DNA of 64,000 nucleotides, taken from positions 1-64,000 of the IMG/VR virus record IMGVR_UViG_3300034374_009254; one strand, written 5' to 3'. The stretch is from a virus. How positions within the stretch are numbered: the stretch's first letter is position 1; every line of letters starts with the position of its first letter. Shown piece by piece: positions 7,358 to 16,790 of the stretch. A program made the position numbers and the translations under genes. Below the pieces are notes generated by a model. That model did not search any database. It saw nothing but the letters and a program-made list of their open reading frames with translations, and was not told the origin of the DNA.

Positions 7358-8137
7358 ATGTTCATAGAGATTGTGCCCCCTACGGACTGTCCGTCCTGCG
7401 GGTCTGCGCTTCAGTGGATAAATCACATCTTATATTGTAAGAGTGAGTCATGTGAAGCTCAAAAATCAAAGAAAATTGAACATTTTGCAAAAACTCTGAA
7501 GATTAAGGGCTTAGGCCCTGCCGCTATCGAGAAACTAGAGGTTGAAGATTTTGACGAAATATATTCTATCTCTTTAGAGTATATTTGCGATCGTCTAGGA
7601 GATAAATTGGGTACTAAACTGTACAAAGAAATAAAAAACTCGGCTTCTGCCCCTCTTGATATGGTACTCCCTGCTTTTGGTATTCCCCTAATCGGAAAAA
7701 CGGCAACGAAGAAGCTGTCTGAGACTATTAAATCTATTACTGAAATTACACCAGACACTTGTACGCGTGCCGGATTGGGCCCAAAAGCTACCGAGAGCCT
7801 ATGCAATTGGCTAGATAGACACTTTTATTGCTTTTATGACGGTGCGCTACCGTTTGATATGAAGTTCAAAGAAAGTAGTCCTGGCCTTAAAGTTGCAGGC
7901 GTTGTTTGCATTAGTGGACGTTTGAAGAGTTTCAAAACTAAAGCTGATGCAACTGAAGCATTGTCAGAAGCAGGTTTTATAGTAAAACCTAATTTGACTA
8001 AAGATGTGACAATTCTTGTGAACGAAAGTGGTATTGAATCGTCAAAAACTAAACAAGCCAGCCAGTCTGGTATAACTATCATTACAGATTTACAATCTTT
8101 TTTGGAGAAAAAATATGGCACTTCCCAAGTGGACTGA
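7358..8137 (+). CDS. ligB: NAD-dependent DNA ligase subunit B (Zn finger, HhH, BRCT)
   Basis: CPSC...C....C, IKGLG, GIPLIG, and BRCT VCISG...SSKTKQA. Confidence 0.92.
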   Translation: MFIEIVPPTDCPSCGSALQWINHILYCKSESCEAQKSKKIEHFAKTLKIKGLGPAAIEKLEVEDFDEIYSISLEYICDRLGDKLGTKLYKEIKNSASAPLDMVLPAFGIPLIGKTATKKLSETIKSITEITPDTCTRAGLGPKATESLCNWLDRHFYCFYDGALPFDMKFKESSPGLKVAGVVCISGRLKSFKTKADATEALSEAGFIVKPNLTKDVTILVNESGIESSKTKQASQSGITIITDLQSFLEKKYGTSQVD

Positions 8138-8840
8138 TGAGCGTACTGCAGAACTCACCTCTTTTGTAGGTAATGAGTCTCCAGTATCTCAAGAAACTGT
8201 AGCAGAAGCTGCGGACCGTCTCGAAACTTCGACTCGTTCTGTATCTTCTAAGCTGCGTAAAATGGGCTTTGAAGTAGAGCTGGCATCTGCCCGCGCTTCC
8301 AAGTCTTTCACTGAAGCTCAAGAATCAACTCTCGTTGCTTTCTTGGAGTCAAACAGTGGTGAGTATACTTATGCTCAAATCGCTGACCATTTTGAAAATG
8401 GCGCGTTCTCTGCCAAGCAACTGCAAGGCAAAATTCTTTCTATGGAGCTTACCGCTCATGTCAAGCCTGCTCCCAAGGTGGAGTCAGTTAAGACTTACTC
8501 AGATGCCGAAGAAGCAACTTTTGTTTCTATGGTAAATGATGGCAAGTTCGTAGAAGAGATCGCTGAAGCTCTCGGCCGTTCTGTTAACAGCATTCGTGGT
8601 AAGGCTTTGAGCCTTCTTCGTTCTGGTGACATTGACGCTATTCCGCGTCAAGAGACTACTAAGGGTTCTGCGAAAGCTGATCCTTTTGAAGACTTGGGCG
8701 ACATCTCTGCCATGACGGTAGAGGCCATTGCCGAAGCTATTGGCAAAACTGCTCGCGGTGTTAAGACTATGCTGACTCGTCGTGGTTTGGCTGCTGCCGA
8801 CTATGACGGTGCTGCAAAAGCTGCAAAAGCCGCAGAGTAA
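8115..8840 (+). CDS. D5: T5 D5-like DNA-binding transcription factor
   Basis: Repeated HTH units (RSVSSKLRKMG, GRSVNSIRGKALSL, ARGVKTMLTRRG), plus synteny. Confidence 0.85.
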   Translation: MALPKWTDERTAELTSFVGNESPVSQETVAEAADRLETSTRSVSSKLRKMGFEVELASARASKSFTEAQESTLVAFLESNSGEYTYAQIADHFENGAFSAKQLQGKILSMELTAHVKPAPKVESVKTYSDAEEATFVSMVNDGKFVEEIAEALGRSVNSIRGKALSLLRSGDIDAIPRQETTKGSAKADPFEDLGDISAMTVEAIAEAIGKTARGVKTMLTRRGLAAADYDGAAKAAKAAE

Positions 8841-8856
8841 AACCTATTTATAGGTG

Positions 8857-8887
8857 AGCTGGCTTTCTTAGGAAGGCCAGCTTTTTC
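8857..8887 (+). terminator. Intrinsic terminator after D5
   Basis: AGCTGGCTTTC-TTAG-GAAGGCCAGCT followed by TTTT. Confidence 0.8.
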
Positions 8888-8908
8888 GTGTTCGTTGGGG
8901 AGATATAG

Positions 8909-10261
8909 TTGAACGTCGCTAGTGCGCTCATTAAGCAAATTATTACGCTTCAGGATTTTGAAACCTGGAGTTATGTGCGTAAGCACTATTTGCCAAAAGA
9001 GTATCACACTATATTTTCCGTAGTAGATAAGCACTGTGAAACTTACCACAAACTCCCATCACTTGACGAACTTAAATTATCTACAAGAGACACAAATACT
9101 CTTGATAAGATATATGCTATTGAAAGTGTAGAGGTTGATACCGACCCCTACATTCTTCTACAGTATCTAAAGAATGAATTCACTCAGAAGGAAATTTTGA
9201 GCGAACTTGATGATTATGTAGAAAATTCAATATCTTTTGAAGATGCAGAAGAGAGTGTACAACACCTTCATGACATCATTATTCGAGTCGAAGAAAAAGT
9301 AGAACTCGAAGAGCCTCAGGAAAGTATGCAACGTATTTCTCTGTTTGAGGCAGAAGAAGAACTTGGAAAGTACCTGCGCCTCGGTTTGAATACTCGATAC
9401 GACGATCAAATCCAATTCTCCCCTCGGGATTTGATTTTAGTAGGAGGTCGCCGAGGCGCAGGGAAATCCCTTACCTGTGCAAATATAGCCAACTCTGTAT
9501 ATGAAAGTGGTAAATCTGCTTTATACTTTACTATTGAAATGGACTCCAGGTCTATTCTTCAACGACAGTGCTCAATTGCTACAGGAGTACCTCAAGGTAG
9601 GCTCAGGTCTAAAAATTTAAATGTAAGTGAGTGGGAACGAGTAGCCGAATGGTGGGCAGGTCGTTTTACTCGCGGTCAAGAGCTTCTTTCAGAGTATCGA
9701 GAACATAGAAAGTTTGAAGATTTTCATAAAAGACTTACTACAACGTGTGAGCTAGATCCTAAGAGACAGCTTGATGTTATTTATGATCCTTCTCTTACTC
9801 TTGGTAAGATTCGGACAGAAGTTGAGATGAAAGTTAAATCTTCTATGGATATTGGTGTAGTTATTGTTGACTATATTAACCAAGTAAAAAGATCTAATAT
9901 ACCTTCGAGAGGCGGACAATACGATTGGACTGAACAAATAGAAGTTAGTAAAGCTTTAAAATCAATGGCACAAGAGTATAAAATACCTTTCTTCTCTCCG
10001 TATCAAACAGATGCAACAGGAGAAGCAAGATTTGCAAAAGGTATTCTTGATGCAGCAGATGCAGCATTTGCTCTTGAACCTTGGAACCACGAAGATGGTT
10101 GTGTAACTTTTAAATGTGTAAAAATAAGAAACAATGAGCCTATAGATTTTACTTCTACGATGGACTGGCAGACCCTCAAAATGGGGCCAGAAAGTGCTCT
10201 TACGCCGGATCAAAGAGAGGCATCTGAGCATAAAACCGGAGAAGAAATCCAAGATATCTAA
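8909..10261 (+). CDS. DnaB-like replicative helicase (T5 D6-like)
   Basis: Walker A GRRGAGKS, FTIEM, VIVDYINQ and ARFAKGILD. Confidence 0.92.
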   Translation: MNVASALIKQIITLQDFETWSYVRKHYLPKEYHTIFSVVDKHCETYHKLPSLDELKLSTRDTNTLDKIYAIESVEVDTDPYILLQYLKNEFTQKEILSELDDYVENSISFEDAEESVQHLHDIIIRVEEKVELEEPQESMQRISLFEAEEELGKYLRLGLNTRYDDQIQFSPRDLILVGGRRGAGKSLTCANIANSVYESGKSALYFTIEMDSRSILQRQCSIATGVPQGRLRSKNLNVSEWERVAEWWAGRFTRGQELLSEYREHRKFEDFHKRLTTTCELDPKRQLDVIYDPSLTLGKIRTEVEMKVKSSMDIGVVIVDYINQVKRSNIPSRGGQYDWTEQIEVSKALKSMAQEYKIPFFSPYQTDATGEARFAKGILDAADAAFALEPWNHEDGCVTFKCVKIRNNEPIDFTSTMDWQTLKMGPESALTPDQREASEHKTGEEIQDI

Positions 10262-10270
10262 AAATAATTC

Positions 10271-10299
10271 TTGACACTCCCGCTGAATTGTAGTATAAT
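10271..10299 (+). promoter_or_regulatory. Sigma70-type phage promoter P5, nested in a terminator-like hairpin
   Basis: TTGACA-17 bp-TATAAT, with ACTCCCGC/GCGGGAGT arms and a downstream T run. Confidence 0.9.
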
Positions 10300-10328
10300 A
10301 TATACTTCATTGCGGGAGTTTTTTATTT

Positions 10329-10622
10329 ATGGGAATGATATATGGTTCAATTAGACACACCACATCTGGCAGAGTTAAGAAGAAAGTTCAAAGAAGAGCT
10401 AAGAGAGTTATGCGGGCGGTTTCCGTTGACTCTACAGAGCCTTTCCGACGATCCACTCCTGAGTACCCAAGCGGCTCCGATACAGTTGGAGTTGCCGCTC
10501 GAGTGGAATCGCCACGTTACACCGGAACACTTGTTAAAGGTATCGGAACCATGCACAAATCAAACGCAGTCCCCATCATCAATGAAGAAGAAATGAAAGA
10601 TATTGCAAGGATGAGAAGATAA
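10329..10622 (+). CDS. Conserved basic phage hypothetical protein
   Basis: YTG..VKGIGTMHKSNAVP motif. Confidence 0.7.
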   Translation: MGMIYGSIRHTTSGRVKKKVQRRAKRVMRAVSVDSTEPFRRSTPEYPSGSDTVGVAARVESPRYTGTLVKGIGTMHKSNAVPIINEEEMKDIARMRR

Positions 10623-10852
10623 TGCACGACGCACTTATAGAACATTGGAAAACTCCAGACACTTGCCCCCATTGTGGAGAACATCTAGTTGGTGATGGAT
10701 ATAGCAATGGGGATCCTGTAAGATGTCCCAATGCTTTAGAAGAAGATTGGTGGTATTCTGAGCCCGATAGTGGCCCTTGGTATTGTAATGAAGATAATTA
10801 CGATGAGCCATCAGAGTATGATGAGTGGCAAAGCTATGACCCGGATTGTTAA
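10622..10852 (+). CDS. Small acidic Zn-ribbon-like protein
   Basis: CPHC...C...C; TAATG-coupled on both sides. Confidence 0.65.
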   Translation: MHDALIEHWKTPDTCPHCGEHLVGDGYSNGDPVRCPNALEEDWWYSEPDSGPWYCNEDNYDEPSEYDEWQSYDPDC

Positions 10853-11679
10853 TGATTGTAGAAGATTTATTACAGGATAAAAAAATTCCTTACTATGCAA
10901 AAGGTAAGGATTTTCTTGTTAGCTGTTTAAACCTAGAGCATGACGATTCTAATCCTAGTATGAGAATCGACCAGATTACAGGAATATTTAATTGTTTTTC
11001 TTGCGGGTTTAAAGGTAATTTATTTTATCATTTTGGAGAGAAAGCAAATCAGCTACAGCTACGTCGAGAAAATTTAAAGAAAAAAATAAGACAAAAAATG
11101 GCAGAAGGCGCAGGTCTTTCTATGCCTTCTGGTTATTTACCGTACTCTGGCAATTGGAGAGGTATAAAGCCTGAAACATACAATGCATTTGGCGCATTTA
11201 CTCACCATGAAAAAGATCACATAGGAAGAGTAGTATTTCCAATAAAAGATATTGGAGGAAGAGTAGTTGCTTTTAATGGTAGGCATATGTCAGGAGGAGT
11301 ACCTAAATATATGATTACTCCAAGAGGCGCAAAAATGCCTTTATTTCCTACAGTTAAAGCATTGAAAAATACAGTAATTCTTGTAGAAGGTATTTATGAT
11401 GCAATTAATTTGCATGATAAAGGCTTAACTAATGCTATATGTTGCTTTGGTACAAATAATATTAATGAAGAAAAGCTAGGTTTATTAACCCTGCAAGGAG
11501 TTACAAACATTGACATCTTTTTCGATGGAGATGAAGCAGGACAGAAAGCTGCAGAAAAAGTAAAAGATATGTGCGAGAAAATTGATCTCATACCCAGAAA
11601 TATTTATTTAGAAAATACAGACCCTGGGGCACTTGTTGAATCTCAAGTTGAAAAGTTAAAAAGGAGATTATATGGCTAA
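10852..11679 (+). CDS. DNA primase
   Basis: Zn finger C...H...CFSC, TOPRIM LVEGIYD and FFDGDEAG. Confidence 0.93.
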   Translation: MIVEDLLQDKKIPYYAKGKDFLVSCLNLEHDDSNPSMRIDQITGIFNCFSCGFKGNLFYHFGEKANQLQLRRENLKKKIRQKMAEGAGLSMPSGYLPYSGNWRGIKPETYNAFGAFTHHEKDHIGRVVFPIKDIGGRVVAFNGRHMSGGVPKYMITPRGAKMPLFPTVKALKNTVILVEGIYDAINLHDKGLTNAICCFGTNNINEEKLGLLTLQGVTNIDIFFDGDEAGQKAAEKVKDMCEKIDLIPRNIYLENTDPGALVESQVEKLKRRLYG

Positions 11680-13936
11680 CGTCGCCGTGATAGAGACGAA
11701 ACCCTCAAGAACAAATTTTGCTCGGGAGTTCGATGGAGCTTTTGAGTTTGATCAGTATCAACTTTGTTCAGATCCTACGATTAAAAAGGTTTTAAAAAGA
11801 GACTGTGATATTGATATTGATACAGATGCTTACGAATGGATTGTACTCGTAGGATCTGATGCGTTAAAATATTTTACAAGAATTAACTCAGTAACAGAAT
11901 ATTCAGGTAAAAAAGTTGAAGGTAAATTTTTACCTGTGATTAACCCTGCAATGCTTGCATTTAAGCCCGAAGCTAGAAAAACTTGGGAAGACTCCAAAGC
12001 TAGTATTATTTCTTACATTCGTGGTGAAATAGAAGATATAATAATTGATGAAAGTATTGCGTTTGGAATACAAGATACGGAGACAGCAAATGCTTTTATC
12101 GAACAGGCTATTAGACATGAAGGAGACTATGTTGCTCTGGACTCAGAGACTACTGGACTCTATCCTAGGGACGGTCATATGCTGGGTATTAGTCTTAGCT
12201 ATAATGGGACTAACGGGGCTTATATTGACACCGATTGTTTTGATGATGATACTGAGCGATTACTTCAAGAACTTTTCGATAAGAAAAGTGTAATTTTTCA
12301 TAATGCAAAGTTTGACATGGCATTCTTTGAGTATCATTTCAATTTTAAATTTCCACGCTTTGAAGATACAATGTTACTGCACTATCTCATAGATGAAAAT
12401 CCTGGAACTCACGGACTAAAACAGCTTGCTATGAAGTTCACTCCTTACGGGGATTATGAGAAGCCTATGTACGATTGGATAGATCAGTATAGAAAAGAAA
12501 ATGGTATCTTAAAGGGAGACTTTCAATGGGGCTGGATTCCATTTGATGTAATGAAAACTTATGCAGCTATGGATGCTGTATGTACATTTTTACTCTACGA
12601 AAAGTTTGTAAAAATTAAGCAAAACAAAAAACTATGTTGGGTGTATGACAATATTCTTATTCCCGGGACTAGATTTTTAATAGATGCACAAGACAACGGA
12701 GTTCCATTTGACAAGAAAAGATTGTATACTGCACAGAATATTATGCAAGATGATATTGATACTGCAATAACAAAGTTATATGAAGATGATAGAGTACGAA
12801 AGTTTGAGCAGATACAAGGAAAAGAGTTCAACCCCAATAGTACTCTTCAATTACGAAAGTTATTATTCGATTTTCTAGGTCTTAATCCTACAGGTAAAAA
12901 GACAGGAACCGGAGCAGACTCAACAGATGCTGAAGTACTAAAAGAGTTATCTTCACAATCAGGAGTCCCCCAGTTAATTTTAGATATACGACAAAAATCT
13001 AAAATTAAAAATACTTATTTAGATAAAATTATACCTCAACTAGATAGAGATTCTCGTTTGCGTACAGGATTTAATTTGCATGGCACAACCAGTGGCCGAC
13101 TTTCTTCGAGCGGTAAACTGAACATGCAACAGCTACCTCGAGATAATCCTGCAGTAAAAGGATGTATTAAAGCCGCAACGGGGTCAAAGATAGTTGCAAT
13201 GGACTTAACCACTGCAGAAGTGTATGTTGCAGCAGTACTCGCAGAGGATGAAGCATTAATGGATGTTTTTCGCTCTGGAGGAAACTTTCATAGTACAATT
13301 GCACATAAAGTTTTTAAACTACCTTGCAAAGTAGAAGAAGTAGCAGAGCTATATTCCGATCGTCGACAAGCTGCCAAGGCTGTGACTTTTGGTATTATGT
13401 ATGGTGCAGGACCTGCAAAAATCAGTGAGCAAGTTACAAAAGATAGTGGAAAATATTTTTCCAAGCAAGAAGCCTCTGAAGTAATTAGTGACTACTTTAA
13501 GACTTTTCATAAATTAAAGTCTTGGATCGAAACTAATCAAAAGTTTATTGAACAAAATGGGTTTACATATAGTTACTTTGGGCGTAAAAGGAGATTGCCA
13601 AATGTCGCTTCAGAAGACAAAGGTATCAAATCTCATAGCATTAGGAGTGGTCTTAATTTTTTGGTGCAGTCTGCTGCTTCTGATATTAACCTCTTAGGTG
13701 CTATAGATATGAACGCATTTATAAAAAGCGAGAAACTAAAGTCAAGAATTTTTGCTCTTGTTCACGACTCAATTCTTGCCGAAGTACCCGAGGAAGAAAT
13801 TGATACCTATTGCAACAAACTACGAGAGCTTGTTCAGATGGATAGAGGTATTTTTATACCTGGAGCACCAATTGGATGTGACTTTGAGATTGGTGATGAC
13901 TACTCTATGGGCAAGTTTGAAAAACAATATTTGTGA
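11672..13936 (+). CDS. polA: Family A DNA polymerase with 3'-5' exonuclease
   Basis: DSETTG, FHNAKFD, YAAMD, TTSGRLSSS, motif A DLTTAE, motif B RQAAKAVTFGIMYG (Phe at the 762-equivalent position), and motif C VHDS. Confidence 0.96.
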   Translation: MANVAVIETKPSRTNFAREFDGAFEFDQYQLCSDPTIKKVLKRDCDIDIDTDAYEWIVLVGSDALKYFTRINSVTEYSGKKVEGKFLPVINPAMLAFKPEARKTWEDSKASIISYIRGEIEDIIIDESIAFGIQDTETANAFIEQAIRHEGDYVALDSETTGLYPRDGHMLGISLSYNGTNGAYIDTDCFDDDTERLLQELFDKKSVIFHNAKFDMAFFEYHFNFKFPRFEDTMLLHYLIDENPGTHGLKQLAMKFTPYGDYEKPMYDWIDQYRKENGILKGDFQWGWIPFDVMKTYAAMDAVCTFLLYEKFVKIKQNKKLCWVYDNILIPGTRFLIDAQDNGVPFDKKRLYTAQNIMQDDIDTAITKLYEDDRVRKFEQIQGKEFNPNSTLQLRKLLFDFLGLNPTGKKTGTGADSTDAEVLKELSSQSGVPQLILDIRQKSKIKNTYLDKIIPQLDRDSRLRTGFNLHGTTSGRLSSSGKLNMQQLPRDNPAVKGCIKAATGSKIVAMDLTTAEVYVAAVLAEDEALMDVFRSGGNFHSTIAHKVFKLPCKVEEVAELYSDRRQAAKAVTFGIMYGAGPAKISEQVTKDSGKYFSKQEASEVISDYFKTFHKLKSWIETNQKFIEQNGFTYSYFGRKRRLPNVASEDKGIKSHSIRSGLNFLVQSAASDINLLGAIDMNAFIKSEKLKSRIFALVHDSILAEVPEEEIDTYCNKLRELVQMDRGIFIPGAPIGCDFEIGDDYSMGKFEKQYL

Positions 13937-14427
13937 TAATAACATACAGAAATATAGATAGAATTAATTTTCCTGTATTTAACTTACCAAACGGAAACTG
14001 GCAGCTCTTAGATGGGCTGCTTTTTCTAGACGAGTACATTCTTGATGATAAGAACATGGAAGGAGACAGTCTTGGTAAGCGCAGACTTCAAACGCCACAT
14101 GAAAACTTATTTGTTTTAAAAAAATCTTTAAATAGTCACCTAGGACTAATTAAATCCCGGGATAAACATTTTATTGATTCAAATGGCAAAGTTTTTATAT
14201 ATGAAAAAACTAAAATGTGCCCCATACAATATTACAGAATTAAAGAAGTAACTAGAAAAGAAGTAGCTTCTCTACTGCACTTGTATGGTGTAAAACAATC
14301 TTTTATTATTCCTCGACCTCCCGACCCTGATTGTACATGGGCAGGAGTTCTATTAATGTATAATATGCCGTGGCTTTTATACGACTATTCTACTGAGTGT
14401 TTAAAGAACAAGCGAAAGAAAGTATGA
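13933..14427 (+). CDS. Conserved T5-like hypothetical protein
   Basis: Lies between pol and D10 as in T5; coupled overlaps. Confidence 0.7.
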   Translation: MIITYRNIDRINFPVFNLPNGNWQLLDGLLFLDEYILDDKNMEGDSLGKRRLQTPHENLFVLKKSLNSHLGLIKSRDKHFIDSNGKVFIYEKTKMCPIQYYRIKEVTRKEVASLLHLYGVKQSFIIPRPPDPDCTWAGVLLMYNMPWLLYDYSTECLKNKRKKV

Positions 14428-15707
14428 AAGCAGTCATAAGTAATAGAATACTTTTGGAAGTTACTCCAGAGTATAAGGAGCATCTTAGTAAAGAACTGAC
14501 CTATAAAGTTCCTGCTCCTAATCCCAAAGACCCTCCTCTTGTTATAAAAAATATGGCAAGAGTTAGGGAGAACTTAGTAAGCATACCAATTGGAAGAACG
14601 GATTTAATACCAGATGAATATGAAATTATTGACAAGAGGATTATGGTTCCTGCTAATTTTCCTTCTTTTCAGTACGTACTTCGCGAATCTCAACAAGCCG
14701 TTTACGACGAGCTCTCCGATAATAGTATCATCAATGCGTGGGTAAGTTGGGGAAAGACTTTCACGGGGTTGGCGATAGCAGGAAAATTAGGGCAAAAGAC
14801 ATTAGTAATAACACACACAGTACCCTTGAGAAATCAGTGGGCAAAGGAGGTAGAAAAAGTCTATGGAATCACTCCAGGAATTATTGGTTCTGGTTCTTTT
14901 AACACCGATTCTTGTATTGTGGTTGGTAATACCCAAACACTCTACAGAAACATCGATCGAGTTCGAAAAATGTTTGGAACAATTATCTTGGACGAAATGC
15001 ACCATGTATCTTCGCCAACATTTTCCAAAATCATCGACACAAATCACGCAAGATACAAAATTGGTCTCAGCGGGACAATTGAAAGAAAAGATGGAAAACA
15101 TGTAGTATTTCGAGATTATTTTGGCCAGAAAATATTTAAGCCGCCAAAAGAAAATTTCATGACCCCAGTTGTAGATATTATAAAATCTGAAATAAGATTT
15201 ATGGATGGAGCTAGAATACCGTGGGCGAATCGAGTAACGAATCTAGCGAACAACGAAGAGTACATCCACACAGTTGCAATGTTGGCAGCTTTTTATGCGG
15301 CAAAGGGACACAAAGTTTTAGTTGTGTCAGACCGAGTGCAATTTTTAAAAAATTGTGCGCTTTTAGCCGGAGAAAAAGCTATCTGCGTTACGGGAGAGGT
15401 TCCTCATGAAGAACGAGAGGATCTTTTAAATCAGATAAACTATGGCAATAAAAATATTTTATTCGGTACTCAAGCAATATTTAGTGAAGGTATTTCGGTT
15501 AATGCCTTATCTGTCCTTATACTCGGTACCCCTATCAACAACGAACCTCTCCTCACACAACTTATCGGAAGAGTTATACGAGAACGGGAAGGAAAACAAA
15601 CACCTGTAATTGTAGATATTCATTTAAAAGGAAACACTGCTCGCAAGCAGGCGTCAAATAGAATGGGATACTACATAAAACAAGGTTGGCGAATCAATCA
15701 AGTATAG
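14424..15707 (+). CDS. D10: SF2 helicase (T5 D10/UvsW-like)
   Basis: WGKT, DEMHH, GLSGT, SEGIS and QLIGRVIR. Confidence 0.9.
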   Translation: MKAVISNRILLEVTPEYKEHLSKELTYKVPAPNPKDPPLVIKNMARVRENLVSIPIGRTDLIPDEYEIIDKRIMVPANFPSFQYVLRESQQAVYDELSDNSIINAWVSWGKTFTGLAIAGKLGQKTLVITHTVPLRNQWAKEVEKVYGITPGIIGSGSFNTDSCIVVGNTQTLYRNIDRVRKMFGTIILDEMHHVSSPTFSKIIDTNHARYKIGLSGTIERKDGKHVVFRDYFGQKIFKPPKENFMTPVVDIIKSEIRFMDGARIPWANRVTNLANNEEYIHTVAMLAAFYAAKGHKVLVVSDRVQFLKNCALLAGEKAICVTGEVPHEEREDLLNQINYGNKNILFGTQAIFSEGISVNALSVLILGTPINNEPLLTQLIGRVIREREGKQTPVIVDIHLKGNTARKQASNRMGYYIKQGWRINQV

Positions 15708-15718
15708 AAAAATAGTTC

Positions 15719-15747
15719 TTGACTTTTACCTCAGATTTTAGTATAAT
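15719..15747 (+). promoter_or_regulatory. Sigma70-type phage promoter P6
   Basis: AAAAATAGTTC-TTGACT-17 bp-TATAAT. Confidence 0.85.
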
Positions 15748-16155
15748 ATGTTATTGTTCGATTGGAAAAAAATATATAATACCGCAGCGGGAGATCCTAC
15801 TGACATAGTAAGGATCCTTAGAATGTTGGTTGAAAAAAGAATACCAAAGAACAAATATGAAAAAGAGTATTTTTACTCACAAATGAATTTTGACGGTACA
15901 AGTTTTTTAGTACATCCTGAAAGACTGTTATATAATGGATATAAATTTACTTTTCGAGAAATGGCTGTATATACAGGTATTGCTGCTCTTAGGCCTCTTC
16001 CTGATTTCTATGCTTCTCATAAAATAACTTTAGATTTATTACATTTACCGGCAGAAACACTACCACACATATATGAAAATAGGCTACTGGAGATAGAAAA
16101 TGGACAAGTTCATTTTTTATACGAAAGAAGTCCCTCAAAACAGGAGATACATTAA
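15748..16155 (+). CDS. Conserved T5-like hypothetical protein upstream of D11
   Basis: 135-aa ORF, TAATG-coupled to D11. Confidence 0.7.
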   Translation: MLLFDWKKIYNTAAGDPTDIVRILRMLVEKRIPKNKYEKEYFYSQMNFDGTSFLVHPERLLYNGYKFTFREMAVYTGIAALRPLPDFYASHKITLDLLHLPAETLPHIYENRLLEIENGQVHFLYERSPSKQEIH

Positions 16156-16790
16156 TGGCAATTACATTTAACAAAGCAAAGGGCGCAGCTCAAAAAAGTT
16201 CTATCAACACTTTTGTTCCACAGGACGGCGACAATAATGTTCGCCTTGTAGGCGACGTATTGGCACGTTACGTTTACTGGATCGAAGGAGAGAATGGTAA
16301 GAACATTCCTCTCGAATGTCTTTCTTTTGATAGAGATGAAGAGCGTTTCAACAACAAGGAAAAAGATTGGGTTCGTGAATATTATCCAGATCTGAAGTGT
16401 GGCTGGAGCTACGCAATGCAGTGTCTGCATAATGGAGAACTGAAAGTTTTCAATCTCAAGAAGAAGCTGTTCGAGCAGATTATGACTGCTGCAGAAGATC
16501 TAGGAGATCCTACTGATCCAGAAACTGGCTGGGATGTTAAATTCAAGCGAGTAAAGACTGGCCCTCTGCCTTACAATGTAGAGTACCAAGTACAGGTACT
16601 CAAGTGTAAGTCTCGTCCTCTTGACGAAGATGAACGAGCACTTATTGTTGATCTGAAGTCTATGGATGATGTTATGCCCCGTCCGACTCCAGACGCACAA
16701 AAAGAGCTACTCGATAGAGTACGAGAAGGCGTTAGTGATTCAACTAATGTCGATGAAGAAGCACTAGAGAATGAGTTTAATATTGCATGA
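16155..16790 (+). CDS. D11: T5 D11-like ssDNA-binding protein
   Basis: RYVYW, GDPTDPETGWD, KTGPLPYNVEY and an acidic tail; synteny. Confidence 0.85.
   Translation: MAITFNKAKGAAQKSSINTFVPQDGDNNVRLVGDVLARYVYWIEGENGKNIPLECLSFDRDEERFNNKEKDWVREYYPDLKCGWSYAMQCLHNGELKVFNLKKKLFEQIMTAAEDLGDPTDPETGWDVKFKRVKTGPLPYNVEYQVQVLKCKSRPLDEDERALIVDLKSMDDVMPRPTPDAQKELLDRVREGVSDSTNVDEEALENEFNIA

Noticed and set aside
6358-8137. Ligase as a frameshifted pseudogene
   Set aside because: A two-gene NAD ligase is normal in T5-like phages, and both halves keep their motifs and RBS.
14730-14765. Atypical Walker A (AWVSWGKT) suggesting a dead D10 helicase
   Set aside because: GKT and the other SF2 motifs are intact; the variation is plausible for the family.
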